A DNA stretch of 64,000 nt from an uncultured Pelagibacteraceae bacterium. GTDB taxonomy: Bacteria > Pseudomonadota > Alphaproteobacteria > Pelagibacterales > Pelagibacteraceae. The translations under genes were made by a program, and so were the position numbers. Shown piece by piece: positions 29,345 through 39,303 of this stretch. The stretch spans positions 1,298 through 65,297 of the forward strand of contig CACAWF010000004.1 of assembly GCA_902536085.1 (NCBI GenBank), in the 5' to 3' direction. Every line of letters starts with the position of its first letter. Position 1 is the first letter of the stretch. Below the pieces are notes generated by a model, which saw only the letters and a list, made by a program, of their open reading frames with translations, did not search any database and was not told the DNA's origin.

Positions 29345-30421
29345 ATGATGCAGAATAACCAAGCTATACCTTTTAATAAAGAAAATTTTAAACAGATATT
29401 TTCAATACCCTTTATATCTGTCATCATAATATCAATACCAAGTGCTATTATAGCTGAATACTTTAATATTCCTTTAGCCTGGTTCTTGGGGCCAATGCTA
29501 ATAACTTCTTTGGCCTCATTAATGGGTCTTAAAACTAAAATGCCGAGGTTGGTATTATCCTCGATATTAATAATTCTTGGTCTTTATATTGGTAATTACA
29601 TAGACAAAGATTTGTTTAGTCAAATGCAAGATTGGCTCTGGACTTCTTTTATTATGTTAATTTACATAATTTTAAGTGTTTTAATTGTTTCAAAATATTT
29701 AGAAAAGTTTTCTAAATATGAGAAAAAAACTTCTATCTTTTCTGCTGCACCTGGCGCATTAGGTCCACTGATGATATTAGCTGAAGATGCAAAAACTGAT
29801 CTAAGCCAAGTAGCTACGTCTCATCTTATAAGATTAATTATTATAATTACAGTGTTTCCATTTGTTGTGAACAGTTTTTATGATGTAGAAAGTCTGAATA
29901 TTTCTGAAAAAACAATTACTAATCAAAATTTATATCACTTAATAATTTTAATTATCTCGTCAGTAATTTTTATTTTATTCTTTGAAAAGATGAAAGTTCC
30001 AGCTGCTTTACTAACAGGAACTTTATTAGCAAGTGGCATTCTACAAATCACAGAGGTTGCAAGTTATCAAATATCTCCTGACATAATCGATTATTGTTTA
30101 TTAATTTTAGGTGCCTCAGTTGGTTGTAGATTTGCTGATAAAACATTCAATGAAATAGGAAGAAATGCTTTGCATAGTATTGTAGCGACTTTTCTATTAG
30201 TAATATTAGGTATTGCAGCAGCCTTTATTGCGGGACTAGTAATTGATAAAAACTTCTTTACTTTATTGTTATCATATTGCCCTGGGGGAATTTATGAAGT
30301 TGCAGTTATAGCAATTTTCTTTGATCTTGATCCTGAGTTTGTATCTTTTCATCATATAATTCGCTTATTGATGATATTATTTATAGTGCCAATAATATTA
30401 GGTTTTTTAAAAAAAACCTGA
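29345..30421 (+). CDS. AbrB-family membrane protein (start uncertain)
   Basis: Duplicated P.AW.LG/PAALL.G, APG/CPGG and H.IR motifs. Confidence 0.85.
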   Translation: MMQNNQAIPFNKENFKQIFSIPFISVIIISIPSAIIAEYFNIPLAWFLGPMLITSLASLMGLKTKMPRLVLSSILIILGLYIGNYIDKDLFSQMQDWLWTSFIMLIYIILSVLIVSKYLEKFSKYEKKTSIFSAAPGALGPLMILAEDAKTDLSQVATSHLIRLIIIITVFPFVVNSFYDVESLNISEKTITNQNLYHLIILIISSVIFILFFEKMKVPAALLTGTLLASGILQITEVASYQISPDIIDYCLLILGASVGCRFADKTFNEIGRNALHSIVATFLLVILGIAAAFIAGLVIDKNFFTLLLSYCPGGIYEVAVIAIFFDLDPEFVSFHHIIRLLMILFIVPIILGFLKKT

Positions 30422-30473
30422 ATTAAACTATCTTTTTTTTGACTTTAATACTTAATCATCCTAATTTTTTGAG

Positions 30474-30860
30474 ATGGCAAATGTTTTTGATTTGATTGGA
30501 AGAATTTTAATTTCGGCTCTATTTTTAATATCAGCCTTTAATAAAATTTTTAATTTAGATGGTTCAATGGGTTGGATGGAAAGTTTTGGAGTACCTGGTT
30601 TCCTAATTTTTCCTGCAATTGCTATTGAAATAATTTTACCTATTCTTGTAATTGTAGGCTATCAAGCTAGAATTGCAGCAGGCATTCTCGCAATCTTTTG
30701 TTTAGCGACTGCATTTCTTTTTCACTTCGATTTTTCAAGTCAAACACAATTTATTTCGTTTCTAAAAAATATTGGTTTAGCAGGAGGTTTTTTGTTTATT
30801 GTTGTTAACGGAACAAAAGACTGGGCAGTTGATAAAGAAAAAAAATATGTCAGACTTTAA
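30474..30860 (+). CDS. DoxX-family membrane protein
   Basis: GRILIS.LF, FLKNIGLAGG. Confidence 0.88.
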   Translation: MANVFDLIGRILISALFLISAFNKIFNLDGSMGWMESFGVPGFLIFPAIAIEIILPILVIVGYQARIAAGILAIFCLATAFLFHFDFSSQTQFISFLKNIGLAGGFLFIVVNGTKDWAVDKEKKYVRL

Positions 30861-30896
30861 AAAAAACCCGCTGTAAAATGTACAGCGGGTTTTTTT
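30859..30896. terminator. Bidirectional intrinsic terminator between convergent doxX and OMP genes
   Basis: A run, CCCGCTGTA-AAATG-TACAGCGGG, T run. Confidence 0.9.
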
Positions 30897-30917
30897 AAAT
30901 TTCGTTATATTTTATCT

Positions 30918-31565
30918 TTAGTAATGAAAAGATAATTTTACGCCCATAGCATCTGCATCGGCATCGATCTTGTGAGATCCTTTTCCTCCAGTAGCTGTCA
31001 GGGAAATATCATCGAAATCTGAGTAGAAAACTTCTATTTTAAAGCCGTCACCTCGTTTTCCTAAACCAACTTGATAGCCAGTGATGTCATCACTTCCGTA
31101 ACTTGAGCTTGGAAGTGACTCGTCAGTAGTCACGGTCACCATGTGATAACCTACTAGACCATAGTAATCATTTCCAAATGGAACATTCGCATAAAGAGTC
31201 ATAAGATCTTCTAATGAGGCACTAGCGCTTCTTGTGCCAGTGTCTGCTTCAGATGCTGCATCAGCTCCTGTAGAGGTATCAGTTCTCTTTCCGCTACCAA
31301 CTTCAATATCTAATGGTATGTAATCAAGTCCAATGGCATAACCATTGTCAGCTACAAATTCCACAAATAAAGATCCGCCATAAAAGGATTCTTCTCTAGA
31401 TGCAGAGTTTTTATCAGATGCTGCACCGTTTTCTTTCTCAGAACCCGAAACATCTGTTTGACCAGCCATTAGTGAAAAACCGAAGTTTATGTCTTGAGCT
31501 TTTAAGCTTGAGAACGATAAAGCCATTATCGCACTGCTTAAAACTGCTATAAATTTTTTATTCAT
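30918..31565 (-). CDS. Putative small outer-membrane beta-barrel protein
   Basis: Signal peptide ending LKA, alternating beta-strand pattern, C-terminal GVKLSFHY aromatic signature. Confidence 0.7.
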   Translation of the reverse strand: MNKKFIAVLSSAIMALSFSSLKAQDINFGFSLMAGQTDVSGSEKENGAASDKNSASREESFYGGSLFVEFVADNGYAIGLDYIPLDIEVGSGKRTDTSTGADAASEADTGTRSASASLEDLMTLYANVPFGNDYYGLVGYHMVTVTTDESLPSSSYGSDDITGYQVGLGKRGDGFKIEVFYSDFDDISLTATGGKGSHKIDADADAMGVKLSFHY

Positions 31566-31692
31566 ATTATACCTTATTTAATTAACAATAGGTATTTAGC
31601 GTTTTACTGCTGAAACGTCAAATTCAAATATTTTACATAAATATGTAAAAACAGCTAATTTTCACGATTTTAGTGATGATTTTTTGCAACAT

Positions 31693-33195
31693 TTAATTAA
31701 TTTTATGTTTGAAACTTTTAAAAATTTGCCAAAATACAATTATGGCGATTATACACATAATCGTTAAGGTTAGCGGTCTGTCCCAAAGAAAATTCCAAGA
31801 ACCATCGCTAATTAATAATGATCTTCTTAAGTTTTCTTCCATTAAGCCTCCTAAAACAAACGCTAAAATTAATGGTGGCATTGGGAAGTCGTATAAACGA
31901 AGTATTGTTGCTACTACCGCTATACCAATCATCATATAAATATCGAAATTATTAAATGACATTAAATAAATTCCAGTAACTGAAAAAAATAAGATTAAAG
32001 GTATTAGAAAAGTTCTAGGTGTGGCTAGGACTCTGGCGATATAAGGTATTAATGGTAAATTAAGTATTAATAAAATTACCATACCTATATACATTGACAT
32101 AATAACTGACCAAAAAATTTCAGGATTAGTCTGATAAAGTCTTGGTCCTGGTTGAATACCAAAACCAAGTAAAGCACCAAGCATAACCGCCGTAGTTCCG
32201 CTACCCGGAATACCTAATGTAAGAAGAGGAACAAACGATCCAGAGCATGCAGCGTTATTTGCAGTTTCAGGTGCAGCTAAACCATTAACGCTTCCTTTGC
32301 CAAATTTTTGTTTTTCCTCATCATTAACGAAATTTCTTTCCATTCCATAAGCTAGAAATGAAGCAATTGTAGAACCTGCTCCAGGCAAAACTCCAATGAT
32401 AAAACCTAAAACAGATGAACGAGGGATAGTAGTTATCATTTTTTTTGTTTCTAGTTTATCTAATTTGATGGAACCTAATTGAGATAGTGAAATTTGTTTA
32501 GCAATTCTAGTTGGGTCATTAGCTTTAAAAATAATTGTTAAAGCCTCACTCATTGCAAAAGTAGCCATAACAACTAAAACGAAGCTAATTCCATCAGATA
32601 AATTCATATTTTGAAATGTAAATCTTGGGATATCTGATAAGGTATCTTGTCCCACACTCGCTAGCATTAACCCCAATACTACCATCATCATAGCTTTCAA
32701 AAAATGTCCCTTAGCTGAAAAGGCTGATACAGCAGTTAAGCCTAAAATCATTAATCCGAAATAGTCTGGTGATCTAAAAGCTAAACTTACTTTTGATAAA
32801 CTCGGAGCTGCGATCAAAAGAAATATTGCAGCGATAGTTCCTCCCGCAAAAGAACTGTATGCGGCTATTGCTAAAGCTTTTCCTGCTTTACCTTGTTGAG
32901 CCATTGGATAACCATCAAAAGATGTCGCAACAGTTCCTGGAATTCCTGGTGCATTAATTAAAATTGAAGAAGTTGATCCACCAAAAACTGCTCCGTAATA
33001 AACTCCAGCCATCAAAATTAAACCAGTTGAAGGTTCGAACCCGTATGTAATTGGGATCATAAGTGCTATCGCTGTCATTGGGCCTAAACCTGGCAGCATA
33101 CCAATTATTGTTCCAGCGAAACAACCAATCATTACCATTATTAAATTTTTTAACGAAAAAGCTGTTTCTAAACCAATGAGTATTCCTTCAATCAT
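31693..33195 (-). CDS. tctA: Tripartite tricarboxylate transporter large permease
   Basis: G.LPGLGP, YYGA.FGGS, GV.PGAG..IASF, AAPETANNA, PLLTLGIPG. Confidence 0.95.
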   Translation of the reverse strand: MIEGILIGLETAFSLKNLIMVMIGCFAGTIIGMLPGLGPMTAIALMIPITYGFEPSTGLILMAGVYYGAVFGGSTSSILINAPGIPGTVATSFDGYPMAQQGKAGKALAIAAYSSFAGGTIAAIFLLIAAPSLSKVSLAFRSPDYFGLMILGLTAVSAFSAKGHFLKAMMMVVLGLMLASVGQDTLSDIPRFTFQNMNLSDGISFVLVVMATFAMSEALTIIFKANDPTRIAKQISLSQLGSIKLDKLETKKMITTIPRSSVLGFIIGVLPGAGSTIASFLAYGMERNFVNDEEKQKFGKGSVNGLAAPETANNAACSGSFVPLLTLGIPGSGTTAVMLGALLGFGIQPGPRLYQTNPEIFWSVIMSMYIGMVILLILNLPLIPYIARVLATPRTFLIPLILFFSVTGIYLMSFNNFDIYMMIGIAVVATILRLYDFPMPPLILAFVLGGLMEENLRRSLLISDGSWNFLWDRPLTLTIMCIIAIIVFWQIFKSFKHKIN

Positions 33196-33662
33196 CCCAT
33201 GACTCCAATATATTGTAAAAATGGATCACGAAGATAAATATTTAGTAGTCCGTGAAGAAGATACATAAATATTGCTACAAAAGGAAACGATAATAGGAAT
33301 ATCCATAACCATTTTCTCTCACCTAAAACAACATAAGATAAAACTAAAAAAATTGAAGTTGATAAAAAATATCCTACTCTTAAAATTGTTAATCCATATA
33401 AAACCATAAGAATTACTAATGTTATAGTTTTTTTATAATCCAGAACTTTTAAATTTACATTTGAAGGTCTTGTCTCTGGTAAAATAATATAAAGCGCTGA
33501 AAATATTAAACCTGCATAGCCTAAATAAATTGGAAAAGTTTTTGCGTTGAATGCCGCATTTTCATCAAAAGTAAAAACTTGAATTTGATGCGCTGTATGA
33601 AGATAAAATCCTGAAAAAATAAAAAAGAGCAGTGAAATAATCTTTGAAGGACTAATTTTCAC
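33192..33662 (-). CDS. tctB: TTT small permease
   Basis: Four TM helices, AKTFP motif, located between tctC and tctA. Confidence 0.85.
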   Translation of the reverse strand: MKISPSKIISLLFFIFSGFYLHTAHQIQVFTFDENAAFNAKTFPIYLGYAGLIFSALYIILPETRPSNVNLKVLDYKKTITLVILMVLYGLTILRVGYFLSTSIFLVLSYVVLGERKWLWIFLLSFPFVAIFMYLLHGLLNIYLRDPFLQYIGVMG

Positions 33663-33680
33663 TGCTCTTCTCTTAACTAT

Positions 33681-34673
33681 TTATTTAATTACGCCTAAAT
33701 TTTTTAACAACCCAGTCATTTCAACTGTTTGTTTTTCTAAAAATTTAACGAATTTTTTATCTGGGTTATAAATATTTACCCAAGCATTTCTTTTTCTTAC
33801 TGCTTCCCATTCAGGTGTTTTCTGAACATCACCCAACATTTTAGCAATTTTCTTTCTCTCGCCATCGCTCATACCTGGAGGGCCAAAGAAACCTCTCCAA
33901 TTAACGAAGATTGCATTTGTTCCTTGCTCTTTCAATGTAGGAACATCTGGCGCATCGGCAACTCTTTTTGGAGCTGTAATACCAAGAATTTTTACTTGAT
34001 CTCTAGCACCCATTACTTCTCCCAGACCAGTTGAAAGAATTTGAGTTTCACCCGATAAAAGTCCTGCTAATGCTTTTCCACCTGCATCGTAAGGAATGTA
34101 AACGACATCATTTGGATTAGCGCCAGCTTCTTTAAATGCTAAAGCACCAATTAAATGGTCCATGCTTCCTCTAACCGATCCACCAGCCATTTTTACTGAC
34201 TTAGGATTTGCTTTATAAGCAGCAACTACATCTTTCCAAGAATTATAAGGTGAATTTTTTGCAGCAACGATTGCACCATAATCACCAATAACGCCAGCTA
34301 TTGGCACAACATCTTTATAAGATGTAACCTTAGCTGCGTTCTTCTTATCTACATAACCAGAGTGTCTAGTTATTGATCTAAGAACTAATGGAGTAGATTG
34401 AACTAAAATCGTATCTGAAGGTTTAGTATTTATCATGTATGATAAAGCTTTACCTCCACCACCACCTGACATATTTTCAAATGATGCACTATTTAAAAAA
34501 CCAGCTTTAGTTAAAGCTTCACCAGTTCCTCTAGCAGTTCCATCCCAACCACCACCAGCACCACCACCAATTACAAAGTGTAATTTGTCTGCAGCGAAAG
34601 ATGTGTTTGAAACTGAAGTTAAAAGAACAGTTGCGAAAACTAGGCTGATAAGTTTTTTGAACTTATTGAACAT
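33681..34673 (-). CDS. tctC: TTT substrate-binding protein (Bug/TctC)
   Basis: GAGGGWD..AR, ENM.GGGG, YIPYDAGG, VPTLKE.G, NWRGFF.PPG. Confidence 0.92.
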   Translation of the reverse strand: MFNKFKKLISLVFATVLLTSVSNTSFAADKLHFVIGGGAGGGWDGTARGTGEALTKAGFLNSASFENMSGGGGGKALSYMINTKPSDTILVQSTPLVLRSITRHSGYVDKKNAAKVTSYKDVVPIAGVIGDYGAIVAAKNSPYNSWKDVVAAYKANPKSVKMAGGSVRGSMDHLIGALAFKEAGANPNDVVYIPYDAGGKALAGLLSGETQILSTGLGEVMGARDQVKILGITAPKRVADAPDVPTLKEQGTNAIFVNWRGFFGPPGMSDGERKKIAKMLGDVQKTPEWEAVRKRNAWVNIYNPDKKFVKFLEKQTVEMTGLLKNLGVIK

Positions 34674-34703
34674 TATTTCCCCCTGTGTTTATTAATTATT
34701 CAT

Positions 34704-34732
34704 ATTTAAATAAATAACTAATCTAGAGTCAA
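34704..34732 (-). promoter_or_regulatory. Candidate internal promoter for tctCBA
   Basis: Minus strand TTGACT, 17 nt, TTAAAT upstream of tctC. Confidence 0.4.
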
Positions 34733-34739
34733 CTGAGTA

Positions 34740-35636
34740 TTAATGAAAAAAAGTTCCTCTAATTCTAAGTAATTCTCTTGATAACCCAGAATGCTCTTTA
34801 AAAGCTTTTCTACCATGCAACCAAAAATAGTTATTAGAGAAAATTGTCGATCCAACAGGCAAAGGAAAACTAATTTTATTTTTACTTTGTTCTAAAGCAT
34901 CTGATAATTTTTGCAAAAATAAACCTTGTTTCATGTTTTTTGGTTCAGGAAATTGATCAATATATGAAATAACTGGCTTGCCATTTTTATCTTTTGAAAA
35001 TACTGGATGTTCAACTTTATAATCAACATTCTTGCTTTTTGGTGATCCCCATACAAAATCTTCTTGACCCACAGGATCATTACTCAAATCTTCCAAGTGT
35101 TCCCAATCATCTAAATGTAAAATTACACTTTCTCCTCCAGCGACATTCTGTTCTTCCATTTTCGTCATTATAATCCAATCAGTTTTCTCTTTAACGTAAG
35201 TTCCGTCGGTGTGAAGATCTAAATTTGTGTAAGCTTTTCTAAGATAAGAGTCGCTGCTGTCTTGGTGTTTTACATGAAATCTTGCGTAATATTTTCCTGT
35301 CATAGAGTCAAAGTTTGGATTGCCGACTAGATAAGCAAGACCTGTTGAAAGCTTGACTAAAAAATCTTTATCAAATTTTTTATTCTTTATGTCGGGTTCA
35401 ACTACCGCTGTTCCTGTATCACGGTCATTAAGAATATCATTTAAAGTTTTACTTAATTTGTTTTGAAATACTTCATCTAAGCTTTTGGCAAGGCTAAATC
35501 TCGAAAATGGTTTGTATTCTAAAGATAAAATTGAATGTTTTTTAAAAGGAAAGATCAACTTATCAAGATCACTTTCGTTTAACTTAATTACTCGAACTCT
35601 TTTCGAATTATTATGATGTGATAATGAAAAGCTCAT
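34740..35636 (-). CDS. glaH: Glutarate 2-hydroxylase (CsiD/GlaH), Fe(II)/2-oxoglutarate dioxygenase
   Basis: LEYKPF.RF, YYARF.V...D.SDSYLR, LHTDGT, LHLDDWE, WLHGR, RELLR.RG. Confidence 0.92.
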   Translation of the reverse strand: MSFSLSHHNNSKRVRVIKLNESDLDKLIFPFKKHSILSLEYKPFSRFSLAKSLDEVFQNKLSKTLNDILNDRDTGTAVVEPDIKNKKFDKDFLVKLSTGLAYLVGNPNFDSMTGKYYARFHVKHQDSSDSYLRKAYTNLDLHTDGTYVKEKTDWIIMTKMEEQNVAGGESVILHLDDWEHLEDLSNDPVGQEDFVWGSPKSKNVDYKVEHPVFSKDKNGKPVISYIDQFPEPKNMKQGLFLQKLSDALEQSKNKISFPLPVGSTIFSNNYFWLHGRKAFKEHSGLSRELLRIRGTFFH

Positions 35637-35693
35637 TTATTCAATAATGCCTATGATCCACAGAACAATAAAAATTGCTAGTATTGGTTCCAT
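35637..35693 (-). CDS. Unannotated 18-aa hydrophobic micro-protein MEPILAIFIVLWIIGIIE
   Basis: ATG 35693 to TAA 35637; stop directly abuts the glaH ATG; TGnTAAAAT 6 nt upstream; single TM-like helix. Confidence 0.5.
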   Translation of the reverse strand: MEPILAIFIVLWIIGIIE

Positions 35694-35712
35694 TTTGAAA
35701 TTTTATCATAAA

Positions 35713-36039
35713 TTAAATGTTAGTCAAAAAACTTAGTAAAATTGCAGAAGTAACCGTAGGTATTACTAAATTTTTTTTAGATATTATAAATATTGCAATG
35801 CAAGTAAAGAATACTATTAGCCTCATCATAAGATCTGATTCTGACAAAACTCCAGCAGGAAATATTATCATTCTGCCAAGTAATGCAGCCAAAGTTGAAT
35901 AGGCAACACAATTAAACCATTTAAAAATTTTTGATTTCACACTAACTTTTTCTGAGGTTAGTGCTCCCATGAATCTTGATATATATGTAGCAATTGAAGT
36001 TGCTATAATGGCAAAAATTATAATTTGACTACTTGCCAT
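35713..36039 (-). CDS. AzlD-family membrane protein
   Basis: ATY.SR, located after AzlC; likely ATG at 36039. Confidence 0.75.
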   Translation of the reverse strand: MASSQIIIFAIIATSIATYISRFMGALTSEKVSVKSKIFKWFNCVAYSTLAALLGRMIIFPAGVLSESDLMMRLIVFFTCIAIFIISKKNLVIPTVTSAILLSFLTNI

Positions 36040-36733
36040 CTTTTTCTCCAAATAAATAAGCAATAGTCCCAGCTATCAATCCAGCAAATAATAATGACCA
36101 CTCAGTTGAAAATAAATAAATTACTGGTCCTAAAGTTGTTCCTAAAATTACCGAAATAGCTATCGCAATATTTTTCATAGCGCCTATCATCATGCAAAAA
36201 AAATAAATTGGATTTACAATCGCTAATCCAATTAACATTTCTTTATTTAAAAGATCTGCTGCTAGGTATCCAATAACTGTCATAAGAACAGCTGTTAACC
36301 AAGTCCCGGTGCCGATACCTATCCAAAAATCTATTCTATATTTTGCATTAATCTTTTTATAGGTATCTTTAGCAATCAACCATGATGAAACTGCAAGAAA
36401 GTGGCAAGACAAATAATATTTCCACTTAGGTTGGGATTTGTGCTCAAGTAAAGGAAATAAGGAAACTGTCATTGGATAAAGTCTAAAATTAACTAACCAA
36501 ACTGCTAAAAAAATATTTACGATAGATGCGCCTAATAATAACGACTCCGCCATTACTAATTGTCCGGGCAATGCGTATGTAAAAAAACTTGAGGCTGCAC
36601 TTTGTTGAATGTTAAATCCAGCATCTTTAAGTAAAGCTCCTAAAGCAACAAAACATGCCGCTAAAGGTAACGCCGGACTTCTAGCACCTTTTAAAGATTT
36701 TAAACCTGTAAAGAAAGCTTTTGAGTTAATCAT
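36029..36733 (-). CDS. AzlC-family membrane protein
   Basis: YALPGQ, LVNFRL; AzlC-like TM pattern. Confidence 0.8.
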   Translation of the reverse strand: MINSKAFFTGLKSLKGARSPALPLAACFVALGALLKDAGFNIQQSAASSFFTYALPGQLVMAESLLLGASIVNIFLAVWLVNFRLYPMTVSLFPLLEHKSQPKWKYYLSCHFLAVSSWLIAKDTYKKINAKYRIDFWIGIGTGTWLTAVLMTVIGYLAADLLNKEMLIGLAIVNPIYFFCMMIGAMKNIAIAISVILGTTLGPVIYLFSTEWSLLFAGLIAGTIAYLFGEKDGK

Positions 36734-37515
36734 CCACCAAGGAATAATCTTCCTACATCTGGATTTTTTAAAAGATCATCCCCTTTGCCTGCAATAGCAG
36801 TTTGACCAGAAACTAAAACGTAACCTATATCCGCAAACTCTAAACCTTTTTTTGCATTTTGTTCTACAAGTATTATTGTTTTCTTCTCTGCTTTTTGAAG
36901 ATCTTCTAAAATTTCAAAAACCATATTTATATATTTTGGTTCTAAACCAATTGATGGTTCATCTACTAACAAAACTGATGGTTTCATGACTAATGCTCTT
37001 GAAATTTCTAATAATCTTCTTTCACCACCTGATAAAACTTTTGCAGGTTGATTTCTTCTATTTCTTAATCTCTCATATTTTTGAAAAATTCTCTCAGCTT
37101 CCTCATAAGCTTCGTCCTGTTTATCTTTAATATATCCACCCATTAAAAGATTTTCCTCAACTGTCATATCAGGAAATACTGAATTATCTTGTAATATATA
37201 AGCTATGCCCACTTTACTAAGTTTCTGAGCAGGAGTTAATTTTGTAATTTCATTTCCTTCTAATTCAATTTTTCCATCAAAAATATTTGTGAAACCATAA
37301 ATAGAATGAAGTATTGTGGACTTTCCTGCTCCGTTAGGACCTATTAAACATAACGATTGAGCCTTACTGACAGTTAAGTCAAAATTATGTAGTATCTCCA
37401 TTTTTCCGTAGCCAGCATTTAAGCCTCTTATGGTTAGATGTACGTCGTGAGGCGATAATTTATTTAAATCTTCTAAACCAGGTGCTTTACCTAAGACATC
37501 GTATTGATTTGCCAT
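36730..37515 (-). CDS. HAAT ABC ATP-binding protein (LivF-like)
   Basis: GPNGAGKS, LSGGERR, VDEPSIGL, VEQNAKK. Confidence 0.92.
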   Translation of the reverse strand: MANQYDVLGKAPGLEDLNKLSPHDVHLTIRGLNAGYGKMEILHNFDLTVSKAQSLCLIGPNGAGKSTILHSIYGFTNIFDGKIELEGNEITKLTPAQKLSKVGIAYILQDNSVFPDMTVEENLLMGGYIKDKQDEAYEEAERIFQKYERLRNRRNQPAKVLSGGERRLLEISRALVMKPSVLLVDEPSIGLEPKYINMVFEILEDLQKAEKKTIILVEQNAKKGLEFADIGYVLVSGQTAIAGKGDDLLKNPDVGRLFLGG

Positions 37516-38249
37516 TACTGCGCTCCTAAGTAAGCATCAACAACTCGCTTATCATTCTTAATTTGATCTGGAGAACCTTCTGCTAGCATTTGACCGTGCG
37601 CTAAACAGAAAATTTTTTGTGCTAAACTCATAATTACTTTCATATTGTGTTCTATGACTAATAAAGTAATTCCATAATCTTTATTTATTTTAATTAATCT
37701 ATCTATAATTCCATTAATTAAAGTTGGATTTATTCCAGCTGTAGGCTCGTCTAATAAAAGCATTTTAGGCTCATTCATCAAAGCCATTGCTAATTCTAGT
37801 AATTTTTGTTGTCCAAATGATAAATCACCTGCTCTCAAATTTCTTTTTTGATAAAGACCAACAAAGTTTAAAATATTTTCTGCCTTCTCAGTAAGTTCAG
37901 TTGGTACTTTTGCAAAAATAAATCCTGAGTCACTAGCTTTGTGACTTATTAGCATATTCTCTACACAATTTAGTTTTGAGTAAATTCTTGTTTGTTGAAA
38001 GGTTCTTAACAATCCAAGTTTAGCTACTGCTGGTACAGGCATTTCGGAGACTTCTGTGTTATTAAAAACAATAGAACCTTTATCAATCGGATGAGTACCA
38101 ACAATAGAATTAAATAAAGTAGTTTTACCTGAACCATTGGGGCCAATTAAACCAACAATAGATCCCTGCTCTACGGAAACAGAAATATCTACGTTAGCTT
38201 GCACTCCGCCAAAAGATTTACTTACGTTTTTTACTTGTAAAATACTCAT
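37515..38249 (-). CDS. HAAT ABC ATP-binding protein (LivG-like)
   Basis: GPNGSGKTT, RTFQ, LSFGQQKLLE, LDEPTAG, IEHNM. Confidence 0.92.
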   Translation of the reverse strand: MSILQVKNVSKSFGGVQANVDISVSVEQGSIVGLIGPNGSGKTTLFNSIVGTHPIDKGSIVFNNTEVSEMPVPAVAKLGLLRTFQQTRIYSKLNCVENMLISHKASDSGFIFAKVPTELTEKAENILNFVGLYQKRNLRAGDLSFGQQKLLELAMALMNEPKMLLLDEPTAGINPTLINGIIDRLIKINKDYGITLLVIEHNMKVIMSLAQKIFCLAHGQMLAEGSPDQIKNDKRVVDAYLGAQ

Positions 38250-39301
38250 TTTAATTCTACCTGTGCTTTTCGATCTTTTTCATCTATGACTTCACCAAAT
38301 CTCTCAGGATATTTTTCTCTCAACCATCCCATTAATCCTTCTGGGAAATAAACTACGATTACAACAATTAAAACTCCTAGCGCAACATACTGCCAGCCTA
38401 AAATTAATGTCCAAAGACCTTCTTTGAAGAAATGGAATAAAGTTGCACCAATCACTGGGCCCCACAAAGTTCCTTTACCGCCAAGAATTGCCATAAGAAC
38501 CATAAATACTCCCATCTCTCTTCCGTCGAATGCAACATCGGTTGAGTCTATATATCCAATTAGTCCACCCATAATTCCACCTGCAAGACCACAGAAGAAG
38601 GCTGAACACATCCAACCTACAATTTTATATTTCATAGTTTGGATACCCATAGCTTCCGCTTTATCTTCATTGTCTCTTATTGCATTTAAAATCAATCTAA
38701 ATCTAGATCCGTAAATGTATTTAACAAAAATAAATGTTCCAATTAATAATGCGAAACTTAAAAAGTAGAAAAATTTTCCTCTAGCTTCAGTGTCAACTAT
38801 TTCAGCAGGAAAAGGTGGTGTGGTAAAACCTTGACCAGCTCCAATAATTTCTATTCCTCCAGCAATTTCACCAGCTGCAATTCCAAGTCCTAAAGTACAA
38901 ATAGCAAAGTAGTGGCCTCTTAAACCTAAAATAGCGTAACCAATAGCGCCTGCTATAATTGCAGGTACAATAGCTGAAACTAATAATCCGACACCTATTC
39001 CTTGAAAATATTGTGCAGTGGTATGAACAAAAGTTTTTTCACCGCCGCTTTCAGTCCACTCAGCTAACGGGAAAAACATTCCTACTTGAACTGAGGCAGT
39101 AAGATACATTCCTAACCCATAGAAAAGTATATTTCCAAAAGTATTGTAGCCCATCTCTCCGCCTTGTAGATTCCAAGTCATTGCTAGAACAATCAAAACA
39201 CAAAGATATGTAAGCTGAACTTTAAAAGCAGAAAACAAATAAGGTGCCGCTAAACCTAAAATAATTAAACTAGAGTATAAAATTAAATCTTTTTGTTTCA
39301 T
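38246..39301 (-). CDS. HAAT ABC permease (LivM-like)
   Basis: LRGHYFAI.TL, AIRDNE.KAEAMG, ILGGKGT..GP. Confidence 0.9.
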   Translation of the reverse strand: MKQKDLILYSSLIILGLAAPYLFSAFKVQLTYLCVLIVLAMTWNLQGGEMGYNTFGNILFYGLGMYLTASVQVGMFFPLAEWTESGGEKTFVHTTAQYFQGIGVGLLVSAIVPAIIAGAIGYAILGLRGHYFAICTLGLGIAAGEIAGGIEIIGAGQGFTTPPFPAEIVDTEARGKFFYFLSFALLIGTFIFVKYIYGSRFRLILNAIRDNEDKAEAMGIQTMKYKIVGWMCSAFFCGLAGGIMGGLIGYIDSTDVAFDGREMGVFMVLMAILGGKGTLWGPVIGATLFHFFKEGLWTLILGWQYVALGVLIVVIVVYFPEGLMGWLREKYPERFGEVIDEKDRKAQVELK

Positions 39302-39303
39302 TT

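Noticed and set aside
29345-30421. AbrB-family protein often labelled 'putative ammonia monooxygenase'
   Set aside because: No AmoA/B/C motifs or operon; it is the AbrB membrane family and not evidence for nitrification
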